NCBI RefSeq assembly: GCF_006345805.1
Contig: NC_042997.1
Location: 10,168,001-10,232,000 of the forward strand
Reading direction: 5' to 3'
DNA length: 64,000 bases
DNA from: Octopus sinensis
Taxonomy: Eukaryota
The notes under the pieces were generated by a model, which was not told the DNA's origin, did no database searches, and saw only the letters and a list, made by a program, of their open reading frames with translations. Every line of letters starts with the position of its first letter. Position 1 is the first letter of the stretch. The position numbers and the translations under genes are program-made. Below, piece after piece: positions 26,940 through 40,226 of the stretch.

Positions 26940-27090
26940 GATCGGAAAAAATCTCAAGATTAATCAGCCGAAATTGCGAAGATGATCCGGTTCTTGACTG
27001 ATGATTGAGGGCTTCGAATGTCCCGTCCGTGTTTTTTATGTCGTCTTCTAAATGTTTCACGTTATTGTCCCAGTTTGTATATTTTTTACT
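26940..27090 (+). mobile_element. Short TA-flanked repeat with GAAA...CTGATGA motifs
   Basis: Homologous to 36530-36654 (-). Confidence 0.55.
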
Positions 27091-27098
27091 TTTACATA

Positions 27099-27140
<42 letters not shown>

Positions 27141-27289
27141 TACATCAAGTGGCTGGAGGAGGTACGTGACGGGGACGTAAACACACCAACAATGATTGTG
27201 AAGCGGCGATGGGGAACACTCTCACACACACACATATATACGCATACATACAGGCTACGATGAATATATTATTGTCTAAATTAAGTGAC

Positions 27290-27750
27290 TTACTATAGAG
27301 GCCATTGGCCAACAGGTTTGGGATCTGGAAAGCTAGGCGCTTTATGGACGTGAAACCCAGAGTTACTCCATAAACCGGCCTATCTGACTTTATATAATAT
27401 CACACGGGGTCACGTGACCGACCAGACCATCAGATGTTGTTATACATCGCTGGTCACAATGCGTTCGCATTGTTTTATCCTTCGAATGACGCCACCCCGC
27501 TGGCTAAGCGAGCAAGCCAACAGAAGAAAGAGTGGGAGAAAGAGTACAGCAGGGATCACCACCCACTGCCGGAGCCTTGCGGAGCTTTTAAGTGTTTTCG
27601 CTCAATAAACACTCACAACGCCCGGCCTGGGAATCGAAACCGCGATCCTGCTGCCCTAACCACTGGGCCATTGCGGCTCCACTTATATAATATACTGCTC
27701 TATATCTTAAAGTGTGGTTCTCTTTCTGATTTATGCTTTACCGTCGATGT
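27290..27750 (+). mobile_element. HHR-family arm (12046 family) interrupted by SINE D
   Basis: GGCCAACAGGTTTGGGATCTG...GGACGTGAAAC at 27307-27375; tail TACTGCTCTATATCTT resumes at 27693. Confidence 0.65.
27401..27682 (-). mobile_element. SINE family D with 11-bp target-site duplication
   Basis: TTATATAATAT at 27390-27400 and 27683-27693. Confidence 0.85.
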
Positions 27751-27793
<43 letters not shown>

Positions 27794-27844
27794 CCCCATC
27801 ACCGCTTCACAACAATTTTTGGTGTGTTTACTGTCCCCGTAATG

Positions 27845-28160
27845 TACCTCCTCAAGACACTTGATGTAGTCCTCTGTGTTGAATAGGAAGATGAATGAAG
27901 GCAAACCTAGTGATCACTCCAAACATCATGATGTTGACGGGATGCTTGATTTTTATCACTCCCCAGATTGCTCTGTTCTCAGATTCACACCCAAACACTG
28001 AGAAATGTTCGCATTGGAGCTTCCAGCGCGAATGCCAAGCAGTACAATATGTCGTTTCCAAATTTCTGGAAGCGTGAATTGCGTCATGCTGCAGTTTTTA
28101 TCACAGACGGTGCCCAACTAACCCTACAATACACATGTGCGAGATTAAAAATATTTTATT
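27845..28160 (-). mobile_element. Tc1/mariner (maT/DD37D-like) deletion remnant
   Basis: KIKHPVNIMMFGVIT resembles the KHPxxVMVxG motif. Confidence 0.55.
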
Positions 28161-28349
28161 TATGTGTACATACATACATACATGCATGCATACATACATA
28201 CATACATACATACATACATACATACATACATACATACATACATACATACATACATACATACATACATACATGCACACACACATATACATATACACACTCT
28301 CGCACACACGTATAGCCATATATACTTACATCATACATAGAAAGCACAA

Positions 28350-28530
28350 AAAAAAAAACAACAACGCGAGGACGTGGAACAAATATAGTATTATTGGACG
28401 CTCAGGAAAGAAGGAAAGAAGGAGGGTTTAACGTTTCGAGCGGAGCTCTTCGTCGGAAACATAGGAGAAGGAAATCCAGAAAAGGGAAGACAGAGGGAAA
28501 AAAATCGCCAACGGTACACACGCGGTCATT
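28350..28530 (-). mobile_element. Short HHR-bearing repeat (minimal hammerhead at 28426-28460)
   Basis: GUUU-CCGACGA-A-GAGC-UCC-GCUC-GAAAC-GUU-AAAC; homologs at 47268-47475 and 53180-53385. Confidence 0.7.
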
Positions 28531-28634
28531 CATACATGGATACATACATATATAAATACATATGCACACACACACACACATACACACACATTCACATATA
28601 TGTATATATATATATATATATATAATATATATAT

Positions 28635-28664
28635 ATAATAACAATTTGATAAATAAAACATATG

Positions 28665-28713
<49 letters not shown>

Positions 28714-28928
28714 ATATACCTATATCTATATGTATATATACATGCATATATGGGTACAGGACACCACAAATAAACGTAGAACAAAACGAGAAACGAAAAC
28801 ATAAAAACAAAACAAGGAAACGGACTTTTCTTTTAACAACGAAAAAACAGAGTACAAGACAACAACACAAGGAACATTCCCCTTCTTCAGCTGCTCCTGT
28901 TTTGATTCATTGCGTGTTTCGGAGGTAG
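28635..28928 (-). mobile_element. Truncated relative of the 6587-7595 element
   Basis: GTACAGGACACCACAAAT...AAAAAACAGAGTACA...CAAGGAA..TTCCCC shared. Confidence 0.7.
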
Positions 28929-29484
28929 TGCGTGTGTGTGTGTACATAGTAGCTTGTACACATTTTGAATCAGGCAGCCATATAGACAAAGAGCCGCATA
29001 CGTTCACAAAGGCAGACAGATAGATAGATAATAATATTAAGAAGAAGAAAAAGAAGAAGAAGAATCCATAAGTTAGCATCACAATAAGATAATGTGATGC
29101 AGTGAGAAATGTTGTAGAATCTATATTCAAGTATGTATAAATTATACGCACTTGATTCTCTATATATTTATAGTACTAAGTGTAGAAGCATAGGATGTTA
29201 TCCAGTAAATACACGTCCTGGACAAACTGATTTACTTGTGACAATTACTGAAGTCAATCAAGTATATATACGTAAGGATGTTGTGAACGATAGTTTTTTT
29301 CTATGGGAGAGAACTCTATCAGGAGTTATTTCCCTTGTCAACTACTGTTTACATTTAGATGACTTTCTTGCTAGTAGTAAAGGCTAACTTTCAAATTCTG
29401 CAGCGTATTATGTAACATATTCCTAGATATACCATGTATGAAAATAGATGCCCGGTACAATCTGGATCGCCTTTACCATAGATC

Positions 29485-29895
29485 GGCTATGTGGTAAGTA
29501 GCTTGCTTACCAACCACATGATTCCGGGTTCATTCCCACTGCGTGGCACCTTGGCCAAGTGTCTTCTACTATAGCCTCGAGCCGACCAAAACCTTGTGAG
29601 TGGATTTGGTAGACGGAAACTGAAAGAAGCCCGTCGTATATATGTATGTATATATATGTATGTGTGTGTATATATTTGTGTGGCTGTGTTTGTCCTCCCC
29701 CCCCCCCAACATCGCTTGACAACCGATGCTGGTGTATTTACGACCCCGCAACATAGCGGTTCGGAAAAAGAGACCGATAGAATAAGTACCAGGCTTCCGA
29801 AGAATAAGTCCTGGGGTCGATTTCCTCGACTAAAGGCGGTGCTCCAGCATGGCCACAGTCAAATGACTGAAACAAGTAAAAGAGTAATAGAGAGT
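29485..29895 (+). mobile_element. SINE family B
   Basis: Homology to the 10825 and 20424 copies. Confidence 0.88.
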
Positions 29896-30766
29896 AATGC
29901 CTGGCTTAAGGTTAAACAACACTAACAAAATCTAAGTATTTGATCTCTGAGACATTTAATAAACTTAGAAATGTTTCATTTATAAATTCAGACAATCGCC
30001 TTGTTGCGGAATGAAAGATAAAATTAGATGAAGAAGTGCCTTATTTCTTCGAAATATTTACATTAAAACTTCATCGATGACTGAGGAGTAAATGTGGCTA
30101 ATGACATTTTACAAATCGTGATTCATAGGAAACGTACTAGATATTTCAGAAACATATCCATCTAATACATAGTAACTAACGGCGTACAATAGTTTACGTA
30201 ACAGCAATGAACATTTCATTCTTTCTTTCAACATTCCGAGTCTTCGTAAAGGAAAAAAAAATTAACCTTATTAGCTTTATAGTCCATGTTCTGTGTTCGC
30301 TAGGGAATTTTTTTATAGGTCACAATTCGAAATAAAATGCATGGTAAAGATTTATATTTACTATTATACATTTATAAATTCAATGTTTATGACTAGCAAC
30401 CCACCGTGACCATGATTTTCAGAGGCTGACCAGCGGTGATTCACGACCAATTGAAATACTTAGAGATCGAATAAGTAGTTAACGATAACTCATGAGTTTT
30501 AGCTTCCTCATCCTTCCCAACTTTCACTAAATCTTTTATAAGTATATTATGAACAATTGAACAAAATTAGAAACAACAGTTAATCCAGTGGATAAGTCTC
30601 TCATCTCCTTATGAACATTTGTGGACTTCGGTCTGATATGGATCCGATCCATCATTTCCTATAATAATGTAATTCTGATTTCTTACAAAGGTGCGTATCT
30701 ATCAAACCACAGACATAGCCCATCTCTTTTATGCAGGCTACTATCTATATTTTAGATACAATCAGA

Positions 30767-30878
30767 AACATAGAGTTAGTGCGTATCCAAATGCAACCAC
30801 TTAGCTATTCAACATAGATTTCAACATAGAGTTAGTGCGTATCCAAATGCAACCACTTAGCTATTCAACATAGATTTC
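30767..30878. repeat. 56-bp tandem duplication
   Basis: AACATAGAGTTAGTGCGTATCC... occurs at 30767 and 30823. Confidence 0.9.
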
Positions 30879-31288
30879 GACATAGATTTCTAGTTACTGA
30901 AGCTCAACATCTCTTTTCTTCAACCACATTTTGAGTTTTTCTGCGCAACAATAACTGTTTCAGTACAACTTGCACTAAGGAATTTTTCATCTTTGAAGTC
31001 ATCATCTTGGTTGACTTCAAAGTTCATCCACCAAAGTCTGTTTCTATAACTCGGAGACATTATTATTATTCATGTCAAGGATACAATTTTGCACTTCACA
31101 TCATTTAACTTCCAAATGCATAAATAAAACTTTGGAAATCACTACAAGCGTTAGACCTCACGACCTTTTTCCTTGCTACTAGCATTCTCATTCGGAGTAA
31201 GAAAATACGTAAAATCCACGATGGCGGCGGCGGCGGCTTTCCCCGCCGATCACTTCGTCGTCCAACGATGATGTCGTCGTCGCGATGA

Positions 31289-31518
31289 AAGGCGGCGAGC
31301 TGGCAGAAACGTTAGCACGCCGGGCGAAATGCGTAGCCGTATTTCGTCTGCAGTTACGTTCTGAGTTCAAATTCCGCCGAGGTCGACTTTGCCTTTCATC
31401 CTTTCGGGGTCGATTAAATAAGTACCAGTTACGCACTGGAGTCGATATAATCGACTTAATCCGTTTGTCCTTGTTTGTCCTCTCTGTGTTTAGCCCTTTG
31501 TGGGTAGCAAAGAAATAG
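31289..31518 (+). mobile_element. SINE family A with Tx1-like tail
   Basis: Full head, core and TTTAGCCCTTTGTGGGTAGCAAAGAAATA tail. Confidence 0.88.
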
Positions 31519-31949
31519 ATTACTGCTTCGGTATCATGCATAAACATTGTAGACCAAGCAACCAACGTCCAAGGTCTCAGCCAAAAGAACTTTAGTCAAT
31601 TGATTGGCAAATATTCACCAACTCACTACAACTGCTAGCTAGTAGACACATGCTGCCCACTCTGAACCACCTTCCTTCTCATTATTCAGTCGTAGCTTAT
31701 GTTCTCTGCCCCTATCCATATATTCTGAGTCCATCGACGCATCAATCTCTCTTTTTGTATTGCTCATTCTGCGTTTCGTTCTCCAGGTCCTAGCCTGTTT
31801 CTTAGCAGAGATAATACTCCTCATGCACGATTTTGCCGCATATATTAATACAAAGATATTTGATCTTAACATTAATTGACGACCAACAACTTTGCCTCTT
31901 TTCCCATGACGAAGGAATGAGAAAGAGTGTGAGTGAATTAATAATGAAG

Positions 31950-32510
31950 TGAGTCGGTGAGTGAGTGAGTGAGTGAGTGAGTGAGTGAGCGAGCGAGCGA
32001 GAGGGCGAGTGAATGAATGAGTGAGTGAGTGGGTTAGTGAGTGAGTGAGTGAATGAGTGAATGAATGAATGAATGAGTAAGTAAGTGAGTGAGTGGGTGA
32101 GTGAGTGGGTGAGTGAGTGAGTGAGTGAGTGAGTGAGCGAGCGAGTGAATGAATGAGTGAGTGAGTAGATTAATGAGTGAGTGAACGAGTGAGTGAGTGT
32201 GTGAGTGAGTGGGTTAGAGAGTGAGTGAGTGAATGAGTGAGTGAGTGAGCGAGCGAGTGAATAAATGAGTAAATGAGTAAGTGAGTAAGTGAATGAGTGG
32301 GTTAGTGAGTAAGTGAGTGAGCAAGCGAGTGAATGAATGAGTGAGTGAGTGGGTTAATGAGTGAGTGAGTGAGTGAGTGAGTGAGTGAGTGAGTGAGTGA
32401 GTGTGTGATTGAGTGAGTGAGTGGGTTAGTGAGTGAGTGAGTGTGTTAGTGAGTGAGGGAGAGAGGGAGTGAGTCAGTGGGTTAGTGAGTCAGTGAGTGA
32501 GGGAGGGAGC
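31950..32510. repeat. (GAGT)n tetranucleotide satellite
   Basis: Direct sequence. Confidence 0.95.
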
Positions 32511-32881
32511 AGGTGGGGAAATTAACAAAACAGTGAATGCTTGAGTGATTGAGTAAAAATTTCATAGAGGAAATGAAAGAGTGAGAAAGTGTATAAGTGA
32601 GTGAACGTGTGAGGAAATGAGAGAAAAAGTGAATTTGTGAAGGACTGTTGAGTAAGAAAGAAAATGAGTGATTTAGTCAGTTAGTCAGCCCGAGAATAGA
32701 GAATTGAGAGAGTGACTACATGACAGAGTGGGTAAATAAGTGAAGAGACTAAATGAAGAGATAACTGAGGGAGAAACAGACGAATGAGTAAAGAAGTGTG
32801 CGAACGAGGGAGGGCATGACTAGATGAGTGATGCCATGTTGGGATTCACATATTTTCACCAATGTCATTTGTCTACTTAGT

Positions 32882-33050
32882 TATTTCTCTATTGCCCACA
32901 AGGGGCTAAACATAGAGGGGACAAACAAGGACAGACAAAAGGATTTAAGTCGATTAGATCGACCCCAGTGCGTAACTGGTACTTAATTTATCGACCCCAA
33001 AAGGATGAAAGGCAAAGTCGACCTCGGCGGAAATTGAACTCAGAACGTAA
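32882..33050 (-). mobile_element. 5'-truncated SINE family A with Tx1-like tail
   Basis: Homology to 18174-18345. Confidence 0.8.
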
Positions 33051-33527
33051 ATGGCAAGTCATTTGTCGACTTAGTATCAGGCTCTTACATCGAAACACAT
33101 CTTCACGAGAATATTGCATCGTCATCAGTCAATTTCCTAAGTTCCCAATAAGGTATCGACATTCATTGCCTCAGAGATTGTGTATGCTTTGCAGACGTCA
33201 CTCACTAGATATGAGACACGGATGATCTATCAAGTTGTCCGCAGAAAATAGATTTGGGAATAACTCCAAAAGGCGTTCTTTGAACTTGGCTCAGTCATCA
33301 CAGAAATCACTAGATTAGAATACAGAACATGCTTTATAGACTTTGCTCTGTCCAACATACCACACTTGGGAATTCTGCCCAATCAGCTGCCGCCACTACG
33401 CTTCTAAAACAGTCGCTGTGGAAGATGTTCAATTCATTTCTTGCCAGACGTATTAATAAACAGCCTCTCATATATGTGTGCGTGTGTATATGAATGCGTG
33501 TGTGTGTGTGTGAGTATGTATGTGTGT

Positions 33528-33563
<36 letters not shown>

Positions 33564-34753
33564 GTGTGTGTGTGTGTGTGTGTGTTGTGTGTGTGTGTGT
33601 GCGTGTGTGTTGTGTATCAACAGAAACTTCGTTTTATTTAAATGTCTAAAATCTCACAGACAAAGATTCAGTCTATTTGAAGACTTATATGATATAAATA
33701 TCTGTACGTGTGTGTGCTTATGTGTGTTTGTGTGTATGTATGTGTGTGTGTACTTGTGAGTACATATACATACATACATACATACATACATACATACATA
33801 CATACATGCATACATACATACATACATGATGAAATGCTAAAACAAAATACATATCGCATATCAGATTCCAATATAAACACATACATACAAAACGAAAATA
33901 GTTACTCTTCTTATGTGGTGATACCGTATGTCTGTACAAACAATAAAATTTAAGTAATAAAATCTCACTTCCGAATGGTCTTTAAATATTTCTCCATAAA
34001 AGCAGCAACATGTAGAAATTAATTGATTACAATAATCGAAGTTAACAAAAGATATTCAAATAATTATTTACATCGAATTTTACTACGCAGAAACCAAGTT
34101 TAATGTAAGAAATACCATAAATATGGCGCCCATTAAAGATTTGAAAAAAACGTACATCAGATTTAATAATATATCAAAATACATACAGCAAGCTATTGAA
34201 CAGAAGTATATTATCAATCCTTAATTAAATAACATATATCATGTCAGTCATAATCTTGTAATAATAATTTATTAGAACATAACGAAAATATAAATCTCTT
34301 GATCAAATTTAAAAGACAATTAATAAATTCCATATGGCCAATATCAATTGTACAATTATTACATTTTCTCATTGATTATCCACAACCAGAGCATTTGCAA
34401 CATATTATAACACAAAAGCGTAAAATAAAACTAAAGTCTTTAACTAGACTCAAGTGAAACACTGATCACTTTTTCGAATCTCTGCTGCTAAATTCAGCTC
34501 TAAACATTTTATCCATTTTTACCTCCACGAAATGCAATCCTTTACAATTCTATCTGTGTCCATTTCCTTTCTACAAGATAACTAATGACTTTCTCAAGAA
34601 TCTTGGAACGTCTTCCACAACCATCGCCATCCCTGGCCTTTCTTCTCGATACATTTTGTCCTACTTGCTCTATTTCATGAGTAGAAAAGAAATACCGTAG
34701 CCAAAACTACAATTTTCTACATGCAGGCCATGTAGAAACTATTTCTCTTTCTT

Positions 34754-34874
<121 letters not shown>

Positions 34875-34946
34875 TTCTAATATAGGATAAATTTTTGCCA
34901 AAGTGGCCAGCATATTAAAATACCTTTAAAGGTGAAAATTATAATT

Positions 34947-34988
<42 letters not shown>

Positions 34989-34989
34989 C

Positions 34990-35907
34990 CAAAAGCTCCA
35001 GATAAACATACACATGGCTGGAAGCGGGCTAGTGAAAGAATATTAGAAAGGCCACACTTTAATTGTGAATTGGTTCCAATTTCTGAATGAAAGCCCAAAA
35101 TAAGCTTTCTTTATAAGCTTTAATTATTTTTACACCTGACCGGAATAGCATTTACTACATGACTATTCTTTGATTTCGTCTATTTTTGTGATGGCTGAAA
35201 AGAAGGTAAAGTGTGCTTCCGCGAAATTCTGTTTTCTGCTGGGGAAAACTGCGGCCGAAACAGCTGTCATACTTTAAACAGCTTACAAGGACGCTGCCAA
35301 GAACAAAACACAAGTGGTTTCCACGCTTTAGGAGTGGTAAGTTGTCGCTTGACGACCAACCTCGTTCAGGGAGACCGTCAACTTCCCTAGCGAATGAAAA
35401 CAGCATGAAATTTCATGAACTGATCTTGTAGGACCATCACCAAACAACTGATAAATTTGTTGATATGATTGGTGTGTCCTGGAGCTCCTGGAAACAAACT
35501 TTGAGCGAAGAATTCAAATGAAAAGAGTTACAACAAAATTTGTTCCTCGCTTACTCACAGAAGATCAAAAGCCATCACGACTGAATGCCTGTCGTGAACT
35601 GAAAAAACAGTTGGAAGTTGATTTAGATCATTTTTGTGGAACTCATCACAGGTAACGAAAGCTGGTGCAATGGAATTTGCAGATGTGGAAGAGGTGAAGA
35701 AAAAACATGGAGGCGTTAAAAGGCGTGACTTTGCAAGAGTTCCTGCACTGCTTCGAATAGTGGAAAACGTGCCTGGACCGAAGCATTGTTTCAAATGGAG
35801 AATACTTTGAAGGCGATAAAAGTGTAAACATGTAAAACTAAGTAAAACAATATTGCAAAGTTCCGGTTTCTTTTGGGGAACCGGGATTTTGGGAAACCCT
35901 TCGCGTA
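34990..35907 (+). mobile_element. Internally deleted mariner, same family as 4752-5642
   Basis: KWFPRFRSGKLSLDDQPRSGRPSTS, then ITG(N)ESWC joined to FADVEEVKK, C-terminal GEYFEGDK. Confidence 0.85.
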
Positions 35908-35941
35908 TATGTATATATATTTATACACACACACACACACA

Positions 35942-35978
<37 letters not shown>

Positions 35979-36182
35979 AGACATTTTCATTTTACCCGAG
36001 CGTCAAACTAATACACTTGCTTGTTGCTCATACACCTGTCTTCGTCTTGTGTTTTTCTATAAATTTCAACTATATATATATATATATATATATATTTTCA
36101 ACAATTGAGGGTAAAATTAATTAATTAATCAATTTCACCAAGTATTCAGTATGCAAAGGGACCATTTAAGGCGAATTCAAAG

Positions 36183-36472
36183 TATTACATTATATAAAAG
36201 GGCTTAGTAAAATAAATTACTTTGCCGCATACTGAACTCATTAGAATAGCAGCTAAAAAAACTTTTTTAAAACTATTTCCAATACTTAAAGAAAACCTCT
36301 CTCATATAGTGTTTGCTCAATTCAACTCACGTTGAATTGAGCAAACACTATATGAGAGAGGTTTTCTTTAAGTATTGGAAATAGTTTTAAAAAAGTTTTT
36401 TTAGCTGCTATTTCTAATGAGTTCAGTATGCGGCAAAGTAATTTATTTTACTAAGCCCTTTTATATAATGTA

Positions 36473-36475
<3 letters not shown>
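36183..36475. repeat. Near-perfect 144-bp-arm inverted repeat (4-nt spacer)
   Basis: 36183-36326 is the reverse complement of 36331-36475 except for one indel; related to the 5821-6465 repeat unit. Confidence 0.92.
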
Positions 36476-36531
<56 letters not shown>

Positions 36532-36673
36532 AAAAAAATACAAACTGGGATAAGAACGCAAAACATTTAGAAGACGATACAAAAAACACGGACGGGACAT
36601 TCGAAGCCTTCAATCTTCAGTCAAGGACCGGATCATCCTCGCAATTTCGGCTGTATATATGTATGTATGTATG

Positions 36674-36707
<34 letters not shown>

Positions 36708-37902
36708 TGTATGTACGTATGTGTGTATGTATGTATGTATGTATGTATGTATGTATGTATGTATGTATGTATGTATGTATGCATGTGTGTGTATGTATGT
36801 ATGTATGTATTCAGTGTACTCTAAAAACTAGACATGTACTGCAATTTACGTGTCAACAGTTTTCTTAGCTGATTCGATAATTGAACCGATTTGCGAGTTT
36901 GTAAGGAAGCATCGAATGGATGCAACAAATTCTGTTGCAATAAGTTCATTCTTAATTGCGGATTCAATCGATCATATAATCAAGTTTACGTGCGCGCGCG
37001 CACGGACAGACGCATGCGCACACACATACACACACACGTACGGACGCCGGCACGCAGGCTCGCACGCACACAGACGGATATTACTAGACGCTCCGTGTGG
37101 AAACCGAAAATGTTCATTTTCAGTATAAAGTATCCATGCTTAGTAAGAATTACACAATTTACTAATGGAGTTTGTCTTCACTACGAGTGTATAATTTCAT
37201 TGTAAGACCAGCTCATTATAGAAAGACGACTAGTTCATTGGCAAATGAAGTCAAACTCCGTCAATAATGACCACAGGGAAATGTGATAAAGAAAGCCAGA
37301 AGTAAAAGCAAAGCAGCAGATGCCTGGTTAGAGGATAGCTCGTTCAGAGACTTGTGTATGTGACTGCGACAAATACGTCGGTCTGTTGTACCAAAAGCCA
37401 AATTATGTTAATGAGATTTAGTAATACCTCGCCTCGCTTGTTAGGCACCAGGGAAGGAATTGGATTAGAGACGTTTTGGCGTCGGCAATTCAGTGCCTCT
37501 GATTTAGAGCCTTTTGGTACCACTTATTCAGCAAATGCCTATTTGGTATCGCCATTTTGCTGTTGAGTCCGTTTTCTTTGTGTTGTTTTTGTTGTTTTTT
37601 AATAAAATTTTTAATTGTTCTACAATAAAAGCATTGAGATGCTCCTAATTAGCTAATGCAAAAGTGAATAAAGTTTCATTTTTCGGCATATCATTAACAA
37701 TGTTATTGGCAATTTTTACTAAAAGCCGTTGGAAAACCGATTATATCAGCGACTCCATCCAAGAATATCTGAAGAAGGAATTTTATTCCAAAATATCATC
37801 AAACTATGGATGACTAAATTACAACAGGTATATAGCCCATTGTTTGTATTATAGTCCATTGTACCATTCAAAACATTTTATTATTTATAATAATAATAGC
37901 CG

Positions 37903-38133
37903 TTTCAAATTTTGCCACAAGGGCAGCTATTTTTAAGGGAGGGGCTAAGTTGATCGTATCGTAAGTTGATTATATGGACCCCAGTGTTTTACTTGTACTT
38001 GATTTATCGACCCCGAAAGGATGAAAGGCAAAGTCGACCTCAGCAGAATTTGAATTCAGAACGTAGCGACGGGACGGGCGAAATACCGCTAAGCAATTTT
38101 TCCGCGTGCTAACGATTCTATCAGCTTGCTGCC

Positions 38134-38135
<2 letters not shown>
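37903..38135 (-). mobile_element. SINE family A
   Basis: CGACCCCGAAAGGATGAAAGGCAAAGTCGACC core. Confidence 0.8.
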
Positions 38136-38173
<38 letters not shown>

Positions 38174-38249
38174 TAATAATAATAATAATAATGATAATAA
38201 TGATGATGATGATGATGATGATGTATATTCATATATATTTTTATATTAT

Positions 38250-38302
<53 letters not shown>

Positions 38303-38407
38303 GCAATTAAGGACAACTACTTAATAAGGAAAACTTAACAAGAAATTGTCAGGTAGATAGCGTGAAAACCTCATAAGGCATGGATGTATAATGCCCTCTA
38401 TATATAA

Positions 38408-38473
<66 letters not shown>

Positions 38474-38709
38474 ATATAATATATATATATATATAATATA
38501 TATATATATACACAATTATATATTGTTTATTGTAATGTGCTGAATGACGATTTAAAGTCTACTCTCAACATATTGGCATAGACATCTTTTTTCTTTTGCT
38601 CCTGTTTATAATTGTTTATGATTAACACCTTTAGATGTATTTTAATATGCTGGCCACTTTAATGTATTTTTCGGGGTAGGTGGGCGGGGAATTTATCCTA
38701 TATTAGAAG

Positions 38710-38761
<52 letters not shown>

Positions 38762-40130
38762 TACACACATATACATATACACACGCACACATACATATGA
38801 AGGTTCGTATGTAAGCTTATATGAATGGGGCATTGGTAGAGTATAGAATAAAACAACTTGCATTTGATTATGTTCTAATCTTGCATATGTTGCCTTTGCT
38901 TTTCATTCTTCCGAGGTCGACATATACCCGACAAGTACTGGTATCGATGCAATGCTTTATTCCATTTAATGTTCTACTCCACAATGTCCACAGAGTAACA
39001 ACCTGAAAGCAGTAAAATTATTACATAACAAAAATTTATACAGACATATTTATATGCTTGTATACAAAGAGACACACACATATGTATCTACATACATATA
39101 TCTGGATGTGCGTGTGTATGTGTATGAGTGTATGTGTGCTTATATACATACATACATACATACATACATATTCTGTGGGTAGTGTATTTCGTATTGAATG
39201 ATCAAACAGAACGATCAAACATACGTACTAAAAAATACACAGCGACGTCCGACCATACAAGCTTTTCCGCTTATACATACATGCATGTATATGTGTGCAT
39301 AAATATCTGTACATATACGTGTGTGTGATGGGGGTGTATACATACATACATACATACATACATACATACATACATACATACAGGAGTATACTGTATACCT
39401 ATATTAATTTCTAACAAGACTAATGTTATGATATTGATAAGATGATAGAATATTGAGAGAGAAGGGGGCGAGAAGGAAAGACAGACTGTGAGGGAGGAAG
39501 AGAGACAGAGAGGTAGAAAGAGGGTGAGAATGGGGCGGAAAGAGTGAGAGTGGAGAGCATGTAAAAATGTTGGTACGTCAGACCGAGACATTAAATGTAA
39601 AAAAAAAAAAAAAAAATGAATTCGTGTCATTATTTGATGTGAAGAAAAATCAATTTGCGTCATTATATCTGCTTGAGGAAACTATGCATAAAATACACGT
39701 TTGAAAGGTAGATATCTCACGTTCAAGACAGTTTTGTCGATAGAAATTTTCAATTTAAAAACGGAAATATTTTAATATCCTGTTTCCGTTAAACGATGAC
39801 GGGAAGGAAGAAATAAAATAACATAGTAAACGCTTTTTTTTTTTTTTCTGACTCTTCAATTTATATTTAACAAAAGGAATACGTTACAATGTTTTCTTTC
39901 GTTTCTGAAACATTGTGAGTTCGAATCCTGCCCAAAGACAATTAAACCACGATTCACTCCTTTCATTGTCATTGAATTAACGCGTGACATACAAGGTATA
40001 CAACGCCGTTGATTATGTCGGCTATAGTAGACTAGTAAACTTCACTCGCTACATGAATTCGAAACGAAAAAAAATGTATAGGATTCAACTCTCTCCCTCA
40101 GGATAGATAGATAAATAGATAGATAGATAA

Positions 40131-40225
<95 letters not shown>

Positions 40226-40226
<1 letters not shown>

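Noticed and set aside
29930-31900. Probable ancient LINE endonuclease remnants (also 33060-33450 and 42700-44300)
   Set aside because: Only fragmentary motif echoes; family and boundaries cannot be assigned by eye
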